The notes beneath the pieces are model-generated. The model did not search any database and was not told where the DNA came from. It saw only the letters and a list, made by a program, of their open reading frames with translations. Both the position numbers and the translations under genes were made by a program. From Dehalococcoidia bacterium (GTDB lineage Bacteria; Chloroflexota; Dehalococcoidia; Lucifugimonadales; CATOSD01), in NCBI GenBank assembly GCA_965203135.1, contig CBDBBO010000001.1, positions 1,780,983 through 1,844,982 of the forward strand: DNA of 64,000 bases, written 5' to 3'. Shown one piece after another: positions 28,906-40,227 of this stretch (position 1 is its first letter; each line of letters begins with the position of its first letter).

Positions 28906-31089
28906 ATGTTGCTTCATATGGGTTTGAGTGCGGCAAGTACTGGCCGCACAGAGTTTCCGGCCCGAGAAACTGAGGGTATTCGTCGCCTCCCGCCACTCCT
29001 CACCGCGTGCGTGGTCGTCGCGGCGCTGTGGCTGGCCGGCTGCGGTGGAACGCCTGCCCCCCAGCCCACGCCAGATATAGCCGCGACGGTTGAGGCGGCC
29101 GTCGCCATGGCGATGCCGACCGTGACGCCGACGCCCAAGCCGGACATCGAAGCTACCGTGGCGGCGGGCGTGCAGGCGACCGTCGTCGCCATGCGCCCCA
29201 CCATCACGCCAACCCACACGCCTACCTGGACGCCAACCGTCACGCCCACGCCGACAGCTACTCACACACCCACGCCAACCGCTACTCACACGCCCACGCC
29301 AACGTCGACCCCCACCCCCACGCCAATGCCAACCAACACCCCTACACCTACTCCCATTCCTACGTCCACACCTACCTACACGCCGGCGCCGACAGCTACT
29401 CACACGCACACTCCGACACCTACTCCGGTCGCCAGCCGTTCGGTGGTGGACATAGTGGACGAGGCCCGGCCCAGTGTGGTGCGAATCGTAAGCGGTGACG
29501 GCGGGGGCACCGGCTTCGTAATCGATGCCGACGGCTACATACTCACCAACGAGCATGTCGTCGAAGGAGAAACGCGCGTGTCGGTCGTGTTCCACGACAG
29601 CGTGCGGCTGTGGGCGCGGGTGGTCTCGGCGGACGCTGAGAGGGACATCGCCCTGCTCAAGGTAGATACCGGCCGCGTTCTCGCGCCGCTCGCGTTCGCA
29701 GAGCGCGTGCGGGAGGGGGAGGGCGTCATCGCGCTGGGCTTTCCGCTCGACCTCGGCGAGAGCATGAGCGTCACGAGAGGAATCGTGTCGGCCATCAGGA
29801 CGCTGGGCGGTGTCGAGTACCTCCAGACCGACGCCGCCATCAATCCCGGCAACAGCGGCGGTCCGCTCCTCAACGACCTCGGCGAGGTGGTGGGCATGAA
29901 CACGTTCATCCGGCGCGAGATAGAGGGGCGGGAGTACGACGCGCAGGGGATAGGTTTCGCCGTCTCGTTCGAGGTGCTGGACGCGCGATACGCGGCCATG
30001 AAGGCCAGCCCGTCCCCGCCAGCCACGGTGGTCGCCAAGGCGACTCCGACGGCCGTTATTCGGGCCACGCCCACGCCTGCCGCCGGGAGCGGGTTCGGCC
30101 CGGTGAGCGGCGAACTGGAGCACGATGACGACAACTTCGTCGAAACCCTCGACGCCCGCGTCGCTCTCTCCGACTCGGTGATAGAGGCGACGTTCGTGGA
30201 CACTCACTCGCAACTCGGCAGAAGCTGGAGCCACGGGTTCTTCATCCGCAAGGATGGTCACCGCCTTTATGCGTTAAGCATATCCAGCAGCGGTACATGG
30301 CATCTCAAGTTGCGGGACGGTGAGCCCCCACACGACGATGACATCAGCGTGCAGTCAGGGGACTCGCCCAACATCAACGTTGGGGGCGGTCTGGAAAACC
30401 ATGTGCGTGTGATCGCGCTGGGCAATAGGGGATGGTTGTTCATCAACGGAGCATTCGAGTCGCAGTTGGACCTGCGAGGGATTGGGGATGCCGGCTCTAT
30501 AAGCCTTCTTGCTCACTGGTTCCGAGGGCATGAGTACCCAGGTAGTTCCACCGTGTACAAGGACTTCAGCGTGCGCCCCATAGAGCTTGAGCACGGTCCA
30601 GAGAGCGGCATGATCGAGCATGCGGGTCACGAGACCAGATACGATGGCCGTCACACCCTAGCATGGATGGTGGACGGCATAATCGAAGCGCGCTTCTTCA
30701 ACCCATTCTTCGTGCCCGAGGGCGAGTGGAGCAGCGGCTTCACCTTCAGGAACAGCGGGGTGGGTGGGCCCTACGTGGTCGTGATCAGTGGGTCGCCGGG
30801 CTGGTATCACGGGCTGTGGAGAGGCGACAATTGGGAAAAACTGGCGATCGAGTGGGAGGACAGGGTGGCACCGGCACGAGGCAACGCCAATCTCTTGCTC
30901 ATCATAGCGATCGGCGAAAGCGGTCACCTGTTTATAAACAACTCCTATGTGGACACGCTGGACCTGAGCGGCTGGACAGGCGAGGGGAGCGTCGCGGCGA
31001 TAGCCTCGTTCTACTTCGGGCACGGCGTCGCGGGTGTGTCCACCCAGTTCGAGCGGTTCGCGGTGTGGTCGATCGCGGAGTTGCCGTAG
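28906..31089 (+). CDS. Trypsin-like (HtrA-type) serine protease lipoprotein, no PDZ, duplicated C-terminal beta domain
   Basis: LAGC lipobox, (TP)n stalk, TNEHVV / DIALL / GNSGGP catalytic triad; start uncertain. Confidence 0.88.
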   Translation: MLLHMGLSAASTGRTEFPARETEGIRRLPPLLTACVVVAALWLAGCGGTPAPQPTPDIAATVEAAVAMAMPTVTPTPKPDIEATVAAGVQATVVAMRPTITPTHTPTWTPTVTPTPTATHTPTPTATHTPTPTSTPTPTPMPTNTPTPTPIPTSTPTYTPAPTATHTHTPTPTPVASRSVVDIVDEARPSVVRIVSGDGGGTGFVIDADGYILTNEHVVEGETRVSVVFHDSVRLWARVVSADAERDIALLKVDTGRVLAPLAFAERVREGEGVIALGFPLDLGESMSVTRGIVSAIRTLGGVEYLQTDAAINPGNSGGPLLNDLGEVVGMNTFIRREIEGREYDAQGIGFAVSFEVLDARYAAMKASPSPPATVVAKATPTAVIRATPTPAAGSGFGPVSGELEHDDDNFVETLDARVALSDSVIEATFVDTHSQLGRSWSHGFFIRKDGHRLYALSISSSGTWHLKLRDGEPPHDDDISVQSGDSPNINVGGGLENHVRVIALGNRGWLFINGAFESQLDLRGIGDAGSISLLAHWFRGHEYPGSSTVYKDFSVRPIELEHGPESGMIEHAGHETRYDGRHTLAWMVDGIIEARFFNPFFVPEGEWSSGFTFRNSGVGGPYVVVISGSPGWYHGLWRGDNWEKLAIEWEDRVAPARGNANLLLIIAIGESGHLFINNSYVDTLDLSGWTGEGSVAAIASFYFGHGVAGVSTQFERFAVWSIAELP

Positions 31090-31109
31090 GGACGGTACGC
31101 TGACCGCCC

Positions 31110-32795
31110 CTACCCTGTGACGGCGCCCTCGGAGGCGGAGGACACCAGCTTGGCGTACTTGGCCATTACGCCTGTGGTGTAGTTGGACGGCGGTGGCGTC
31201 CAGCGGTCGCGGCGGCGCGCCAACTCCTCTTCCGGCACGCGAACGCTGAGCTCGCGCGTTTCCACGTCCATCACGATGCGGTCGCCGTCCTCGACGAGCG
31301 CTATTACGCCGCCCACGGCTGCCTCCGGCGCCACGTGGCCTATCATCGGCCCGCGCGTCGCGCCCGAGAAGCGCCCGTCGGTGATGAGCAGCGTGTCCTC
31401 GCCCAGTCCGGCTCCCATGATGGCGCCGGTGACGGCCAACATCTCCTGCATACCAGGCCCGCCCTTGGGCCCTTCGTACCGGATTATCACCACGTCGCCG
31501 TCCTTGATCTCGCCGGATGTGACGGCATTGAACGCGGCGCGCTCGCCGTCGAAAACACGCGCCGGACCGTCGTGGCTCAAGTGGCCGGTGCCGGACACCT
31601 TCATTACGGCGCCCTCGGTGGCGAGGTTGCCCTTGAGTATCACCAGGCCCCCAGTGGGGCTGCGCGCCTCTGAAACCGGGTAGATTACGCGGCTGTCCGG
31701 CATGGTGTCGAACTCGGCAAGGTTCTCGGCGAGCGTCTTGCCGGTGATGGTCAGCACGTCCGGATGTAGGTGTCCGGCCCTGAGCAGCTCGTTCATCAGC
31801 ACCGGCAGCCCGCCGGACTTGTCCATGTCGGACATGACGAACCGGCCTCCCGGCCGCAGGTCGGTCAGGTAGGGAGTGCTGCGGCTGAGCCGGTCGAAGT
31901 CGTCGATATGGAGCTCCACTCCGGCCTCGCGTGCGATGGCCAGCAGGTGGAGCACGGCGTTGGTCGAGCCGCCCATCGCGAGCACCACGGTTATGGCGTT
32001 CTCGAACGCCTCGCGAGTCATGATGTCGCGCGGCTTGATGTCCTTCTCCAGCATGTTGTAGAGCACCGCGCCCGCCTGGTGTGCGATCTCCTCGTTGCGG
32101 GGGTCCACCGCCGGTATGGATGCGGCGCCGGGCAGGGACATGCCCATCGCCTCGATGGCCGAGGACATGGTGTTTGCGGTGAACATGCCCGAGCACGCGC
32201 CCTCGCCCGGACAGGCGACGCGCTCCATGCCGTACAGCTCGTCCAGGGTGAGCTTGCCCTGGGAGTATGCGCCCACGGCCTCGAACATGTCCTGTATGTT
32301 TATGTCGCGGCCCATGTAGTTGCCCGGCAGAATCGCGCCGCCGTAGACGAACAGCGACGGGACGTTGAGCCGCGCCATGGCCATCATCGCGCCCGGCATG
32401 TTCTTGTCGCACGCCGCGACGACGATAAGTCCGTCCATGCTCTCGCCGAAGGTTACGGTCTCTATGGAGTCGGCTATGACTTCGCGGCTCACCAGCGACG
32501 CCTTCATGCCCTCGGTTCCCATGGAGATGCCGTCGCTGATGGTTATGGTGCCGAACAGGAACGGCACTGATCCGCCGTCCCACACGCCCTGCTTGGCTTT
32601 CTGCGCCAGCCTGTCCAGGTGCACGTTGCAGGGAGTCACGTCGCTGGCGAGGTTGGCGACGGCGACGAACGGCTTGTCCATGTCGTCGTCGCTGAGACCC
32701 ACGGCCCGCAGCATGGCGCGCGCCGCGGCGCGATCCGGCCCCATGCTCACCACGTGGCTGTTTCGCTTGAGCGATGCTGCGGTACTCGTAGTCAT
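31110..32795 (-). CDS. ilvD: Dihydroxy-acid dehydratase
   Basis: [40 protein letters not shown]. Confidence 0.97.
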   Translation of the reverse strand: MTTSTAASLKRNSHVVSMGPDRAAARAMLRAVGLSDDDMDKPFVAVANLASDVTPCNVHLDRLAQKAKQGVWDGGSVPFLFGTITISDGISMGTEGMKASLVSREVIADSIETVTFGESMDGLIVVAACDKNMPGAMMAMARLNVPSLFVYGGAILPGNYMGRDINIQDMFEAVGAYSQGKLTLDELYGMERVACPGEGACSGMFTANTMSSAIEAMGMSLPGAASIPAVDPRNEEIAHQAGAVLYNMLEKDIKPRDIMTREAFENAITVVLAMGGSTNAVLHLLAIAREAGVELHIDDFDRLSRSTPYLTDLRPGGRFVMSDMDKSGGLPVLMNELLRAGHLHPDVLTITGKTLAENLAEFDTMPDSRVIYPVSEARSPTGGLVILKGNLATEGAVMKVSGTGHLSHDGPARVFDGERAAFNAVTSGEIKDGDVVIIRYEGPKGGPGMQEMLAVTGAIMGAGLGEDTLLITDGRFSGATRGPMIGHVAPEAAVGGVIALVEDGDRIVMDVETRELSVRVPEEELARRRDRWTPPPSNYTTGVMAKYAKLVSSASEGAVTG

Positions 32796-32820
32796 GTGAG
32801 TTCTCCCACCTGGGAATGAG

Positions 32821-33078
32821 TTAGTCGGAAGAGCTTCCAGCGCCCTCGTGGGAGCGCTCGAACAGCGCCTCTCGCAGTCCGTCCAGTAGCCCCGCCATAC
32901 GAGCCTGTCCCTTTTCCAATTCGGTCACGCGCGTCGTCAATTGCCTGAGATCAGTCACAAGCTGGTCGATGCGCTTGTTGGTATCGTCGATGCGCTTGTT
33001 CAGCATCTGAAAGCCGGCCAGATTGAGGGTGGCCAGCGAGATGCCAACACCAATGATGGCCCAAAACTCGGGTGTCAT
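32821..33078 (-). CDS. Small TM + coiled-coil protein
   Basis: [18 protein letters not shown], then coil ...[19 protein letters not shown]. Confidence 0.75.
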   Translation of the reverse strand: MTPEFWAIIGVGISLATLNLAGFQMLNKRIDDTNKRIDQLVTDLRQLTTRVTELEKGQARMAGLLDGLREALFERSHEGAGSSSD

Positions 33079-33096
33079 CTCAGGTCGCCTTCTAGT

Positions 33097-33300
33097 CTAT
33101 TCCGGCCTATGTTTCTCAATCAGCGCGACAACCCTGGAGTCGAACTCGTCGCCCAGGGAGCGGCCCGCGTCGGAGTAGGCGATGCCGAGATGGAGTTGGC
33201 GGGACAACTGCTCGAACTCAGGGGACTCGCCCCATTCGTTCTTGAGCTCGTCGAACGCCGCGTCAAGGTCGTCTTTTCTGAACATGTGGGTTGGCCTCAC
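33097..33300 (-). CDS. Small hypothetical protein
   Basis: 67-aa ORF with host-like codon usage, co-oriented with neighbours. Confidence 0.6.
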   Translation of the reverse strand: MRPTHMFRKDDLDAAFDELKNEWGESPEFEQLSRQLHLGIAYSDAGRSLGDEFDSRVVALIEKHRPE

Positions 33301-33403
33301 GTATAAGGGCCAGCGCGCGGCTGGCCCCTGTTTAGGTTGTCAACGGGCCGGCGACGCGGGCGGGCCTAATAGCGACCGCCCGCGCCTCTTGCCGCGCTTT
33401 CGG

Positions 33404-34654
33404 TTATTCGTCTCCGCGGGTGCTGTCGCCCTCGTCCAGGATCTTCTTCAGATCGGTGGCGAAGCCGACGAGCTCCTCGTAGGCCGGAACGCCCTCTTCG
33501 GAGAGCTTGTCCTTGAACTGCTCGAACAGCCACTCCTCGCGCCTGCCGTGCGGGATCTCGAAGAACTGGCGGTTGAACCTGGGCAACTCGCCGGGGCCGA
33601 AGTAGCCCTTGTCCCTGATGGTGTAGCCCTCGAGGTTGTGGGTGCCCTTGCCGAGCACCTCGCCGGTCTCGACGTAGTGCTCCATTACGGGCTTCATGCC
33701 GTAGCGCTGGACCGGGCAGACCTTGATGCAGACGGCGCAGCCTTCGTAGCGGGCCATCACCGGGCGGCAGCGCTCGTAGATGACCTTGAACTTCTCGGCG
33801 CCCCTCCACCAGACCCTGTCCTTGAGCAGCGCCCTGCCCGGGCAGCGGTTCACGCACACCTGGCAGATCTTGCAGAACTGGTTGATGCCGTAGTCGACCG
33901 GCTGGTCGTAGGTGACGGGCGCGTCGGTGGTGATGATCGCGAGCCTGGCCCTTGAGCCGAAGTGCGGCGAAAGGAGCTGTCCGTTTGCGCCCAACTGGCC
34001 GAGGCCGGCGTTGATGAACATCGGAATGTACGCGCCGCTGTTGTCGTTGGGGCTGTGCACCTGGGCGTGGTAGCCCAGCGTGCGGATGTGGTCGGCCAGG
34101 TCGAGCGCCAGCGCGCCCTCGATCTCGTAGGTGCCGAAGTGGGCGAACTCGGCCTCCAGGCTCGGAAGCGTCTGGGTCTGCAGGTAGTCCTGCTCGAGCG
34201 CTACGCAGATGGCGTGCTCGTACTTGACCCACGTCTTCTTGCTGGTGTAGGCGTAGTGATGGTCGAAACGGGTGAAACCGACCTCGTTGAAGCCGAGCTC
34301 CCTGGCCTTCAGGCGGATGGCGTCGGTCATGTCCTTGCCCGGCACCGCCTCGCCAGTCGGCTCGATGTCGCCGGTAACCAGGGCGGCGTCGACCAGAGGC
34401 TGGTTCAGCTCGTCGTGGCGCTCGCGGTACTCGAGCACGTCGGGAGTGTAGACCGACCAGACCCAGTCGCGGTCGGCGGCCTTTTCGATGTTCTGGGTCT
34501 CGAGGGGATACACCCTCGTGTAGAAGGAAACGTCCTCCTGCCGCACCGGCGCGCCCGGTACGGTAGCGAGGTCTTCTGCAACGGGAATGTCAACCTCCGG
34601 GTCGCCGTGCCTCCGACCGGGGCGAGTTACAACGTGGTGAACTTCTTTAGGCAT
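33404..34654 (-). CDS. Reductive dehalogenase/epoxyqueuosine reductase-like cobalamin, 2x[4Fe-4S] protein
   Basis: AGLGQLGANGQLLSPHFGSRARL, FCKICQVCVNRCP, CAVCIKVCP; GGAGG RBS before 34654; no Tat leader. Confidence 0.8.
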   Translation of the reverse strand: MPKEVHHVVTRPGRRHGDPEVDIPVAEDLATVPGAPVRQEDVSFYTRVYPLETQNIEKAADRDWVWSVYTPDVLEYRERHDELNQPLVDAALVTGDIEPTGEAVPGKDMTDAIRLKARELGFNEVGFTRFDHHYAYTSKKTWVKYEHAICVALEQDYLQTQTLPSLEAEFAHFGTYEIEGALALDLADHIRTLGYHAQVHSPNDNSGAYIPMFINAGLGQLGANGQLLSPHFGSRARLAIITTDAPVTYDQPVDYGINQFCKICQVCVNRCPGRALLKDRVWWRGAEKFKVIYERCRPVMARYEGCAVCIKVCPVQRYGMKPVMEHYVETGEVLGKGTHNLEGYTIRDKGYFGPGELPRFNRQFFEIPHGRREEWLFEQFKDKLSEEGVPAYEELVGFATDLKKILDEGDSTRGDE

Positions 34655-34756
34655 AGGTGTACCTCCCGCAGATTTTCCTCGCTTGGCGCGGAGTGTACTC
34701 GCAAGTTTGCAACAAGTCAAGCGATTTGGGGCGCGTATCTATTCGGACGGCAGAAT

Positions 34757-37700
34757 CTACGGGACAGTCGTGACGTTGACCACGACCGTGGCGGTGGCGG
34801 CGGTGCCCCTGCCGTCGGCGGCTTGCACCGTCAGCGTGTGCGACGCGGCGGTCTTCCGGCTCAGCGCACCCGCCACCGTGATCGCGCCGTCGGACGCGCC
34901 TATGGCGAACAGTCCCGCGCTATTGCCCGCGCTGATGGAGTACGACACCGTGTCCCCCGCGTCGGGGTCGGTCGCCGACACCGTTCCCACCGGCGTGCTC
35001 GTCGCCGCGTTCTCAGGCACCGAGAAGGCGTAGCTGGACGTGGCGAACACCGGCGCGCGGTTGGCGCAGTCGGGCAGGCCCAGGTCGGCGAGGTCGTTGT
35101 TCGCCGCCTCCCGAAGCCCGAGGGGGACGCAGCCCGTAAGCGCGTTGCCCGCGAGGAACAGATAGTCGAGGTCGAGCTGAGCGAGGCCCGGGGGTATGGC
35201 ACCCGTGAGCCGGTTGTTGGAGAGCCACAGCTCCTCCAACTCGGCCAGCTCGGTCAGCGCCGGGGGTATGGAGCCTGTCAGCCGGTTGTTGCTGAGGTTG
35301 AGTTCGGTCAACTCGCCGAGTTCTCCCAGCCGCGCGGGGACGGCGCCGCTCAGGTCGTTGCCGCTGAGGTAGAGCACCTGGAGGCTGGCGAGGCCGCCCA
35401 GTTCGGGCGGTATCTCGCCCGTCAGGTCGTTGTCGAACAGGTGCAGGTGCGTCAGGTTGGCGAGGCCGCCCAGCTCCGGCGGTATCCCGCCCGTGAGCCG
35501 GTTGGTGTCGAGGTCGAGCCTGGCCAAGTTGGAGAGTTGCCCCAGTTGTGGGGGTATCTTCCCTGTGAGCCGGTTGTCGAACAGGAAGAGGTGCTTGAGG
35601 TTGGAGAGTTGTCCCAGTTGTGGGGGGACCGGGCCGGTGAGGGCGTTCTCGTAGAGGTCTATCCTGGTCAGCCCGGTGAGCGCGCCCAGCGCCGGCGGTA
35701 TGGAGCCGTCCAGGCCCAGTTCGGCGAGCCTGAGTTGTTGGACGCGGCCTCCCCGCACACGCACGCCCTGCCAGTCGGTGATGGGGTTGTCTGAGCTCCA
35801 GTCGAGGCTGAATGTGCCCGCGAGCGTCCGCATGACGCCGTGGTAGAGGATGAGGCAGTCGGCGACCAGGTCTGCGCCGGTGTGTGGTGGGACCACCCCG
35901 TCGCGGCAGACGGAGGTCACCGCTATCACCACCTTGGCGGTGGCCGCGCCTCCGTCGGCGTCGGCGGCCCGGACGGTGAGGACGCGGGACGGCGCGGGTT
36001 CGAGGAAGAGTGGGCCAGCGACGCTGATGCGGCCCGTGGCCGAGTCTATGGCGAAGACTCCGGCGTCGTTGCCGGCCGTAATCGAGTACGACACCGCGCC
36101 GCCTTCGGGGTCGGTCGCGGACACCACACCCACCGGCGTTCCGGTGGCGGCGCCCGCATCGATGGTGAAGGCGTAGCTGGACGTGGCGAACACCGGGGGC
36201 CGAGAGCACGCGCCGGTCGTGTGAGAGACGGGATCGGAAGGCTCGCTCCAGTCGGCGCGGTAGGTCGCTCCGTCGCCGTGGGCGCTCACCCGGAACTCGT
36301 AGACCGTCCCGCACACAGGCCCGCCCTCCGGGCTGAGCGCCAGGCTCGTGCTAGTCGTGGTGGAGAGGCCGGTCCACTCGCCGGCGCCGCCCGTGCGGTA
36401 CTGCGCGCCGTAACGGCTCGCGCCCGTGACCGCGCTCCACGAGACGGTGAACGCGCCGTCCGCCAGTGACACGCTCACGTCCTGCGGCGCGGGCGGCCTG
36501 GCGCCGCAGTCGGGGAGCCCCAGCGACGCCAGGTCGTTGGTGGGCACGTCCTTGAGCGCTACCGGGATGCAGCCGGTCAGCGAGTTGCCCGACAGCCTGA
36601 GCGTCTCCAGGTTAGAGAGGAGACCCAACTCTGCCGGTATCGTGCCGGTCAGGGAGTTGCCGGAGAGGTCCAGGCGGCTCAACCCGGACAGGCTTCCCAG
36701 CCCGGCGGGGATGCCGCCCGTAAGGTTCCTGCCGGTCAGCGCCAGCGCGGTCACTCGCAGAGGGCTGCCCCCGGTCGCGACGCCGTCCCAGCCGGTGATG
36801 ACCGTGTCCATGCTCCAGTCGAGGGGGGGCGGCGCCGCGCAGCGTGTCCCGTACGGCGAGCAGCGTCTCGCAGTCGCGGACGAGGGCGCGGTTGGCCGCG
36901 GGGTCGGGGATGACCGTGCCGTTGGCGCAGGCGTACGGCGCGGGCGGCTGGGACGGCGTGAAGGTGGTGGTCGCGTTGTCGCCGGGGGTGATGTCGTCAT
37001 ACGCCCCGATGTCGCGGTAGTACCGATTCAGGCCGGAGACGTTGGCTATCCTGGTGCTCGTGGAGGTCGCCGCGGCGGCGCTGACGCGGCTCTTGAGGTT
37101 GGCGAGCGTCTGGGTGTGTTCGGGGTCGCCCTCGTGGGAGCCGTAGCGCACCGCGTTCACCGTGCCGTCGTCGGCCCGCTGCACGTCCCACTGCGCCACC
37201 GCCTGCCAAGCCTCCACCGCGATGGCGTTGTGCGCGCCCATGGGCGCCAGAAACACCACCGCCTCGCGGCCGCCCAAGACGACGCCCAGAACGAGCTCTA
37301 CGTCGGAGATGATTTGGCTGAGATACTCATCGTACTCGGTCTCGGTCATGAGCGCCTCAGTCCCGAACTCTCCCTCGACATGGGCCAGCTTGTACAGTTC
37401 GTAGGAGCGTGCTTCCCCCATCCTGTCGTATGCAACGCTCAGCTTGGTGGAGCCTCTCCCCAGCAGGTACTCGCTGACGCTGTAGTCCGCGTAGCAGGCC
37501 AGGAACACGTAACCTGTTGTCAGGCCGCCGCGAGCCAGGGAGCGGAAGTTCGCCTTGAGCGTCGCGGGATAGACGGCGTTCATTCGCTCCAACTCGGCTA
37601 TGAAGCGGCGCTCGGCCTCCGCGGGAGACGGAAGCGGGGCGTCGGCGTCCAGACCCAGCCAGAAGCGCAGCGCGGCCTCTCGCTGTTCGGTTGTCCGCGC

Positions 37701-38159
37701 GATGCCGCGCCACTCGCAGCGCACGGAGTCTTCCGCCACGGCACCGCGAATCGCGATGTGCACCGGCGACGCTCCCGCCAAGCGCAGCCCCCGCTCCAGC
37801 ACGTCCTCCACGCTCGCCGCGTCCACCTCGCCACCCGACGCCGCGCCCCCGCTCGGCCCGCCCGAGAACAAGTCGGGTAGCAAGTGGGGAACGCGGGGAG
37901 TCGCGTCCGCCAGGGGCGTAGAGGTTGGCGCGGGAGTCGCCGCGGCTGTGGTTCGAGACGTTGCCGTCTCTGGCGATGCCGCATTGGGCTCCCGACTCGC
38001 CGCGGCGGTAGGTGTGGCCCCTGGCGTTGCCGCCACAGCCTGGGAGTGCCCATGCTCCGGTTCGGCTTGGGGCGATGTGGCATCCTGTCCGCAGCCGTAT
38101 GCAGCCAGCAGCAGCGTCAGTACCCACAGAACATTCGCCGCAACCATCCTCATTCTCAC
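34757..38159 (-). CDS. Lipoprotein B2: variable N-terminal domain + LRR + FN3 + cadherin + LRR + cadherin; frameshift at G7 tract 36823-36829
   Basis: ORFs 36612..38159 and 34757..37000 join as LRGAAPLDWS if one base of the homopolymer is removed; AYGC lipobox; ATDP[DE] cadherin motifs. Confidence 0.85.
34760..36220. repeat. About 1.46-kb near-identical direct repeat (cadherin-LRR-cadherin), partner 44392-45852
   Basis: Constant 9632-bp offset; near-identical translations in all frames. Confidence 0.95.
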
Positions 38160-38163
38160 TCCC

Positions 38164-40227
38164 TCACCCCCCGCAGCCCTCGGGCTCCTCGTATCCAGTC
38201 ACCTTCCCGCGTAACCCGTCGGGTATGCACCCGCTCAGACCATGACTGCGGTCGAGATACAGTGTCTCTAACGACCGTAGGTTACCCAGCTCCGGTGGGA
38301 TGGAGCCACTAAAATAGTTGTCTCTCAAGCTCAACTGCTTCAGAGCCGTCAGGTTGCCCAGTTCCGGCGGGATGGGACCGAAGAGACCGCTCCTTCCTAA
38401 GTCCAGGGATTCGAGCGCCGTCAGGTTGCCCAGTTCCGGCGGGATGGGGCCATCGAAACGACCGGCCAGATTGAGTTCTCGCAGATTGGCTAGCTCCCCC
38501 AGCTCAGGGGGGATGGGGCCGACCAGGTATGGCGTGTACCTATAACGTGACCGGTCGTCTGTGAGGTCGAGCACCCTCAGCTCGCTGAGCTCAGCCACTG
38601 CGCGAGGCAAGGGACCTACCATGTCGCGCCCCGGCAGGGAGAGACTATGAACTCGTAGCGAGGTCGACGTCTCACTGCTGTAGCCCTCCCTGGTCGTCTC
38701 GCCGAGTGTTATTCCCTCCCACTCGGAGATGGGCGTTTCCGCGTTCCAGTTAAGCCCCACGACAGCGAGCCGGTCCATCATCTCCACAAGTGCCTCACAG
38801 TCCCGCACAAGGCCAGGGTTCGACTCCAGGTCGGGGATCACGACCGCCGAGGAGCACACTGTTTCTGCCGAGTGCCTCTGCCCTGGGCCTGCGACTTCCA
38901 CAAGGCCCTTCGCGCTCCGTCTCGCCAGGACCCGCACGCCCGATCCGTCCGGCGACACGGTATAGAGCGCAACGTCCGACTTTTCATCCGCCACCAGTAC
39001 GGCGATACTTGAACCGTCTGGAGACCAGGACGGGTAAGTGGATGGGAGAGTCGTGATCCATGTTGCTACAGAGTGGACTCCAGAACCTTCCCACTGAACG
39101 AGATACAGAAGCTCACTTGGAGAAAACATGATCTGGGGACCAGTGAAATACGGAGACCAAGACACCCAACGGCCCCCTAGTCTTGCGTAGTCCGCATCCG
39201 GTCCGACCACTTCCCGCAAGTCTGATCCGTCACGGTTGACGGAGTAGAGCTTAAGGCGAACAGGTTGACCCTGTCGCCGTAGAAAGGTGATGCGAGACCC
39301 ATCTGGAGACCACACGAGCGGGCCCACAAGCGACCTCGACTTCCGATTCGTTACTCCGAGGGGCCTTTCCTCACCAACTACCAGCCTCGTCATACTGGAA
39401 TCACTGACATCGACCGTTACGAGAGAGGCGCGCTTGCTGCGCGTGATTGCGACCGACGGGTCGCGTCCATGCAGCGTCTCATCGATTATCAGGGCAACAG
39501 TCCGTCTATCTGGAGCCCACGATATGGTTCCAGTCAGAATATCCCTCCCTGACACGCCCCATTCCTTGCCAGGTATGACCTTGCGTACATCAGAGCCATC
39601 AGGCCTCATGGTGTAGAGCCCTATATCCGCAGGGTCGTGGGCACAAGGGGACTCGGCGTCTCTGGTGAACGCGATACGGGTGTCGTTGTCCAGCCAATCG
39701 GATGGGACATCGAATCCCACCTCGTGAGTGAGCCTCTTCTGTTCGGATCCGTCGAGAGCGGCGTTCACTATCTCAAAGTAACGCTTGTCCTCATCCACGT
39801 CATTGTACGCAGAGTACATGATGCGTGAGCCGTCACTAGAAACAATCGGGGAGTGGAATATATCACTCTCTTCGCCTATTGTGAGCAGACTCGATCCATC
39901 TGCCGCGACGACGTGCACTTGGCTTCTGCTTCTACTCTCAGAGTACAAGTCTGACCGGGTCGTAAAGACTATGTGTGCCCCGTCTGGTGTCCAGCGCGGC
40001 GATTGTCTGAGCAATTCTCGGTTGTAGATGTGGAGAAAGTCTGACGAGGTGTAGTGGCTCATGCCCGACTCGGTACTGAATGCTCTCGAAAGCCTACATT
40101 CAGACCAGTTGCCCCAGTTGCCGTAGTAGCTCATACACGCCCTCACCGCCAGCGCGATCCCGAATATCAACGCGAGTAGGACCGCCCATCTCGCCGTCCT
40201 GCTTTTCAATGCGTTGCTGAAGTTCAT
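38164..40227 (-). CDS. TolB-like (PD40) beta-propeller + LRR protein
   Basis: Repeated WTPDG/WSPDG/PDGSD blades; C-terminal LRRs with LVRDCEAL cap; N-terminal signal. Confidence 0.85.
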   Translation of the reverse strand: MNFSNALKSRTARWAVLLALIFGIALAVRACMSYYGNWGNWSECRLSRAFSTESGMSHYTSSDFLHIYNRELLRQSPRWTPDGAHIVFTTRSDLYSESRSRSQVHVVAADGSSLLTIGEESDIFHSPIVSSDGSRIMYSAYNDVDEDKRYFEIVNAALDGSEQKRLTHEVGFDVPSDWLDNDTRIAFTRDAESPCAHDPADIGLYTMRPDGSDVRKVIPGKEWGVSGRDILTGTISWAPDRRTVALIIDETLHGRDPSVAITRSKRASLVTVDVSDSSMTRLVVGEERPLGVTNRKSRSLVGPLVWSPDGSRITFLRRQGQPVRLKLYSVNRDGSDLREVVGPDADYARLGGRWVSWSPYFTGPQIMFSPSELLYLVQWEGSGVHSVATWITTLPSTYPSWSPDGSSIAVLVADEKSDVALYTVSPDGSGVRVLARRSAKGLVEVAGPGQRHSAETVCSSAVVIPDLESNPGLVRDCEALVEMMDRLAVVGLNWNAETPISEWEGITLGETTREGYSSETSTSLRVHSLSLPGRDMVGPLPRAVAELSELRVLDLTDDRSRYRYTPYLVGPIPPELGELANLRELNLAGRFDGPIPPELGNLTALESLDLGRSGLFGPIPPELGNLTALKQLSLRDNYFSGSIPPELGNLRSLETLYLDRSHGLSGCIPDGLRGKVTGYEEPEGCGG

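Noticed and set aside
33404-34654. Respiratory reductive dehalogenase rdhAB
   Set aside because: No twin-arginine leader and no multi-TM RdhB neighbour
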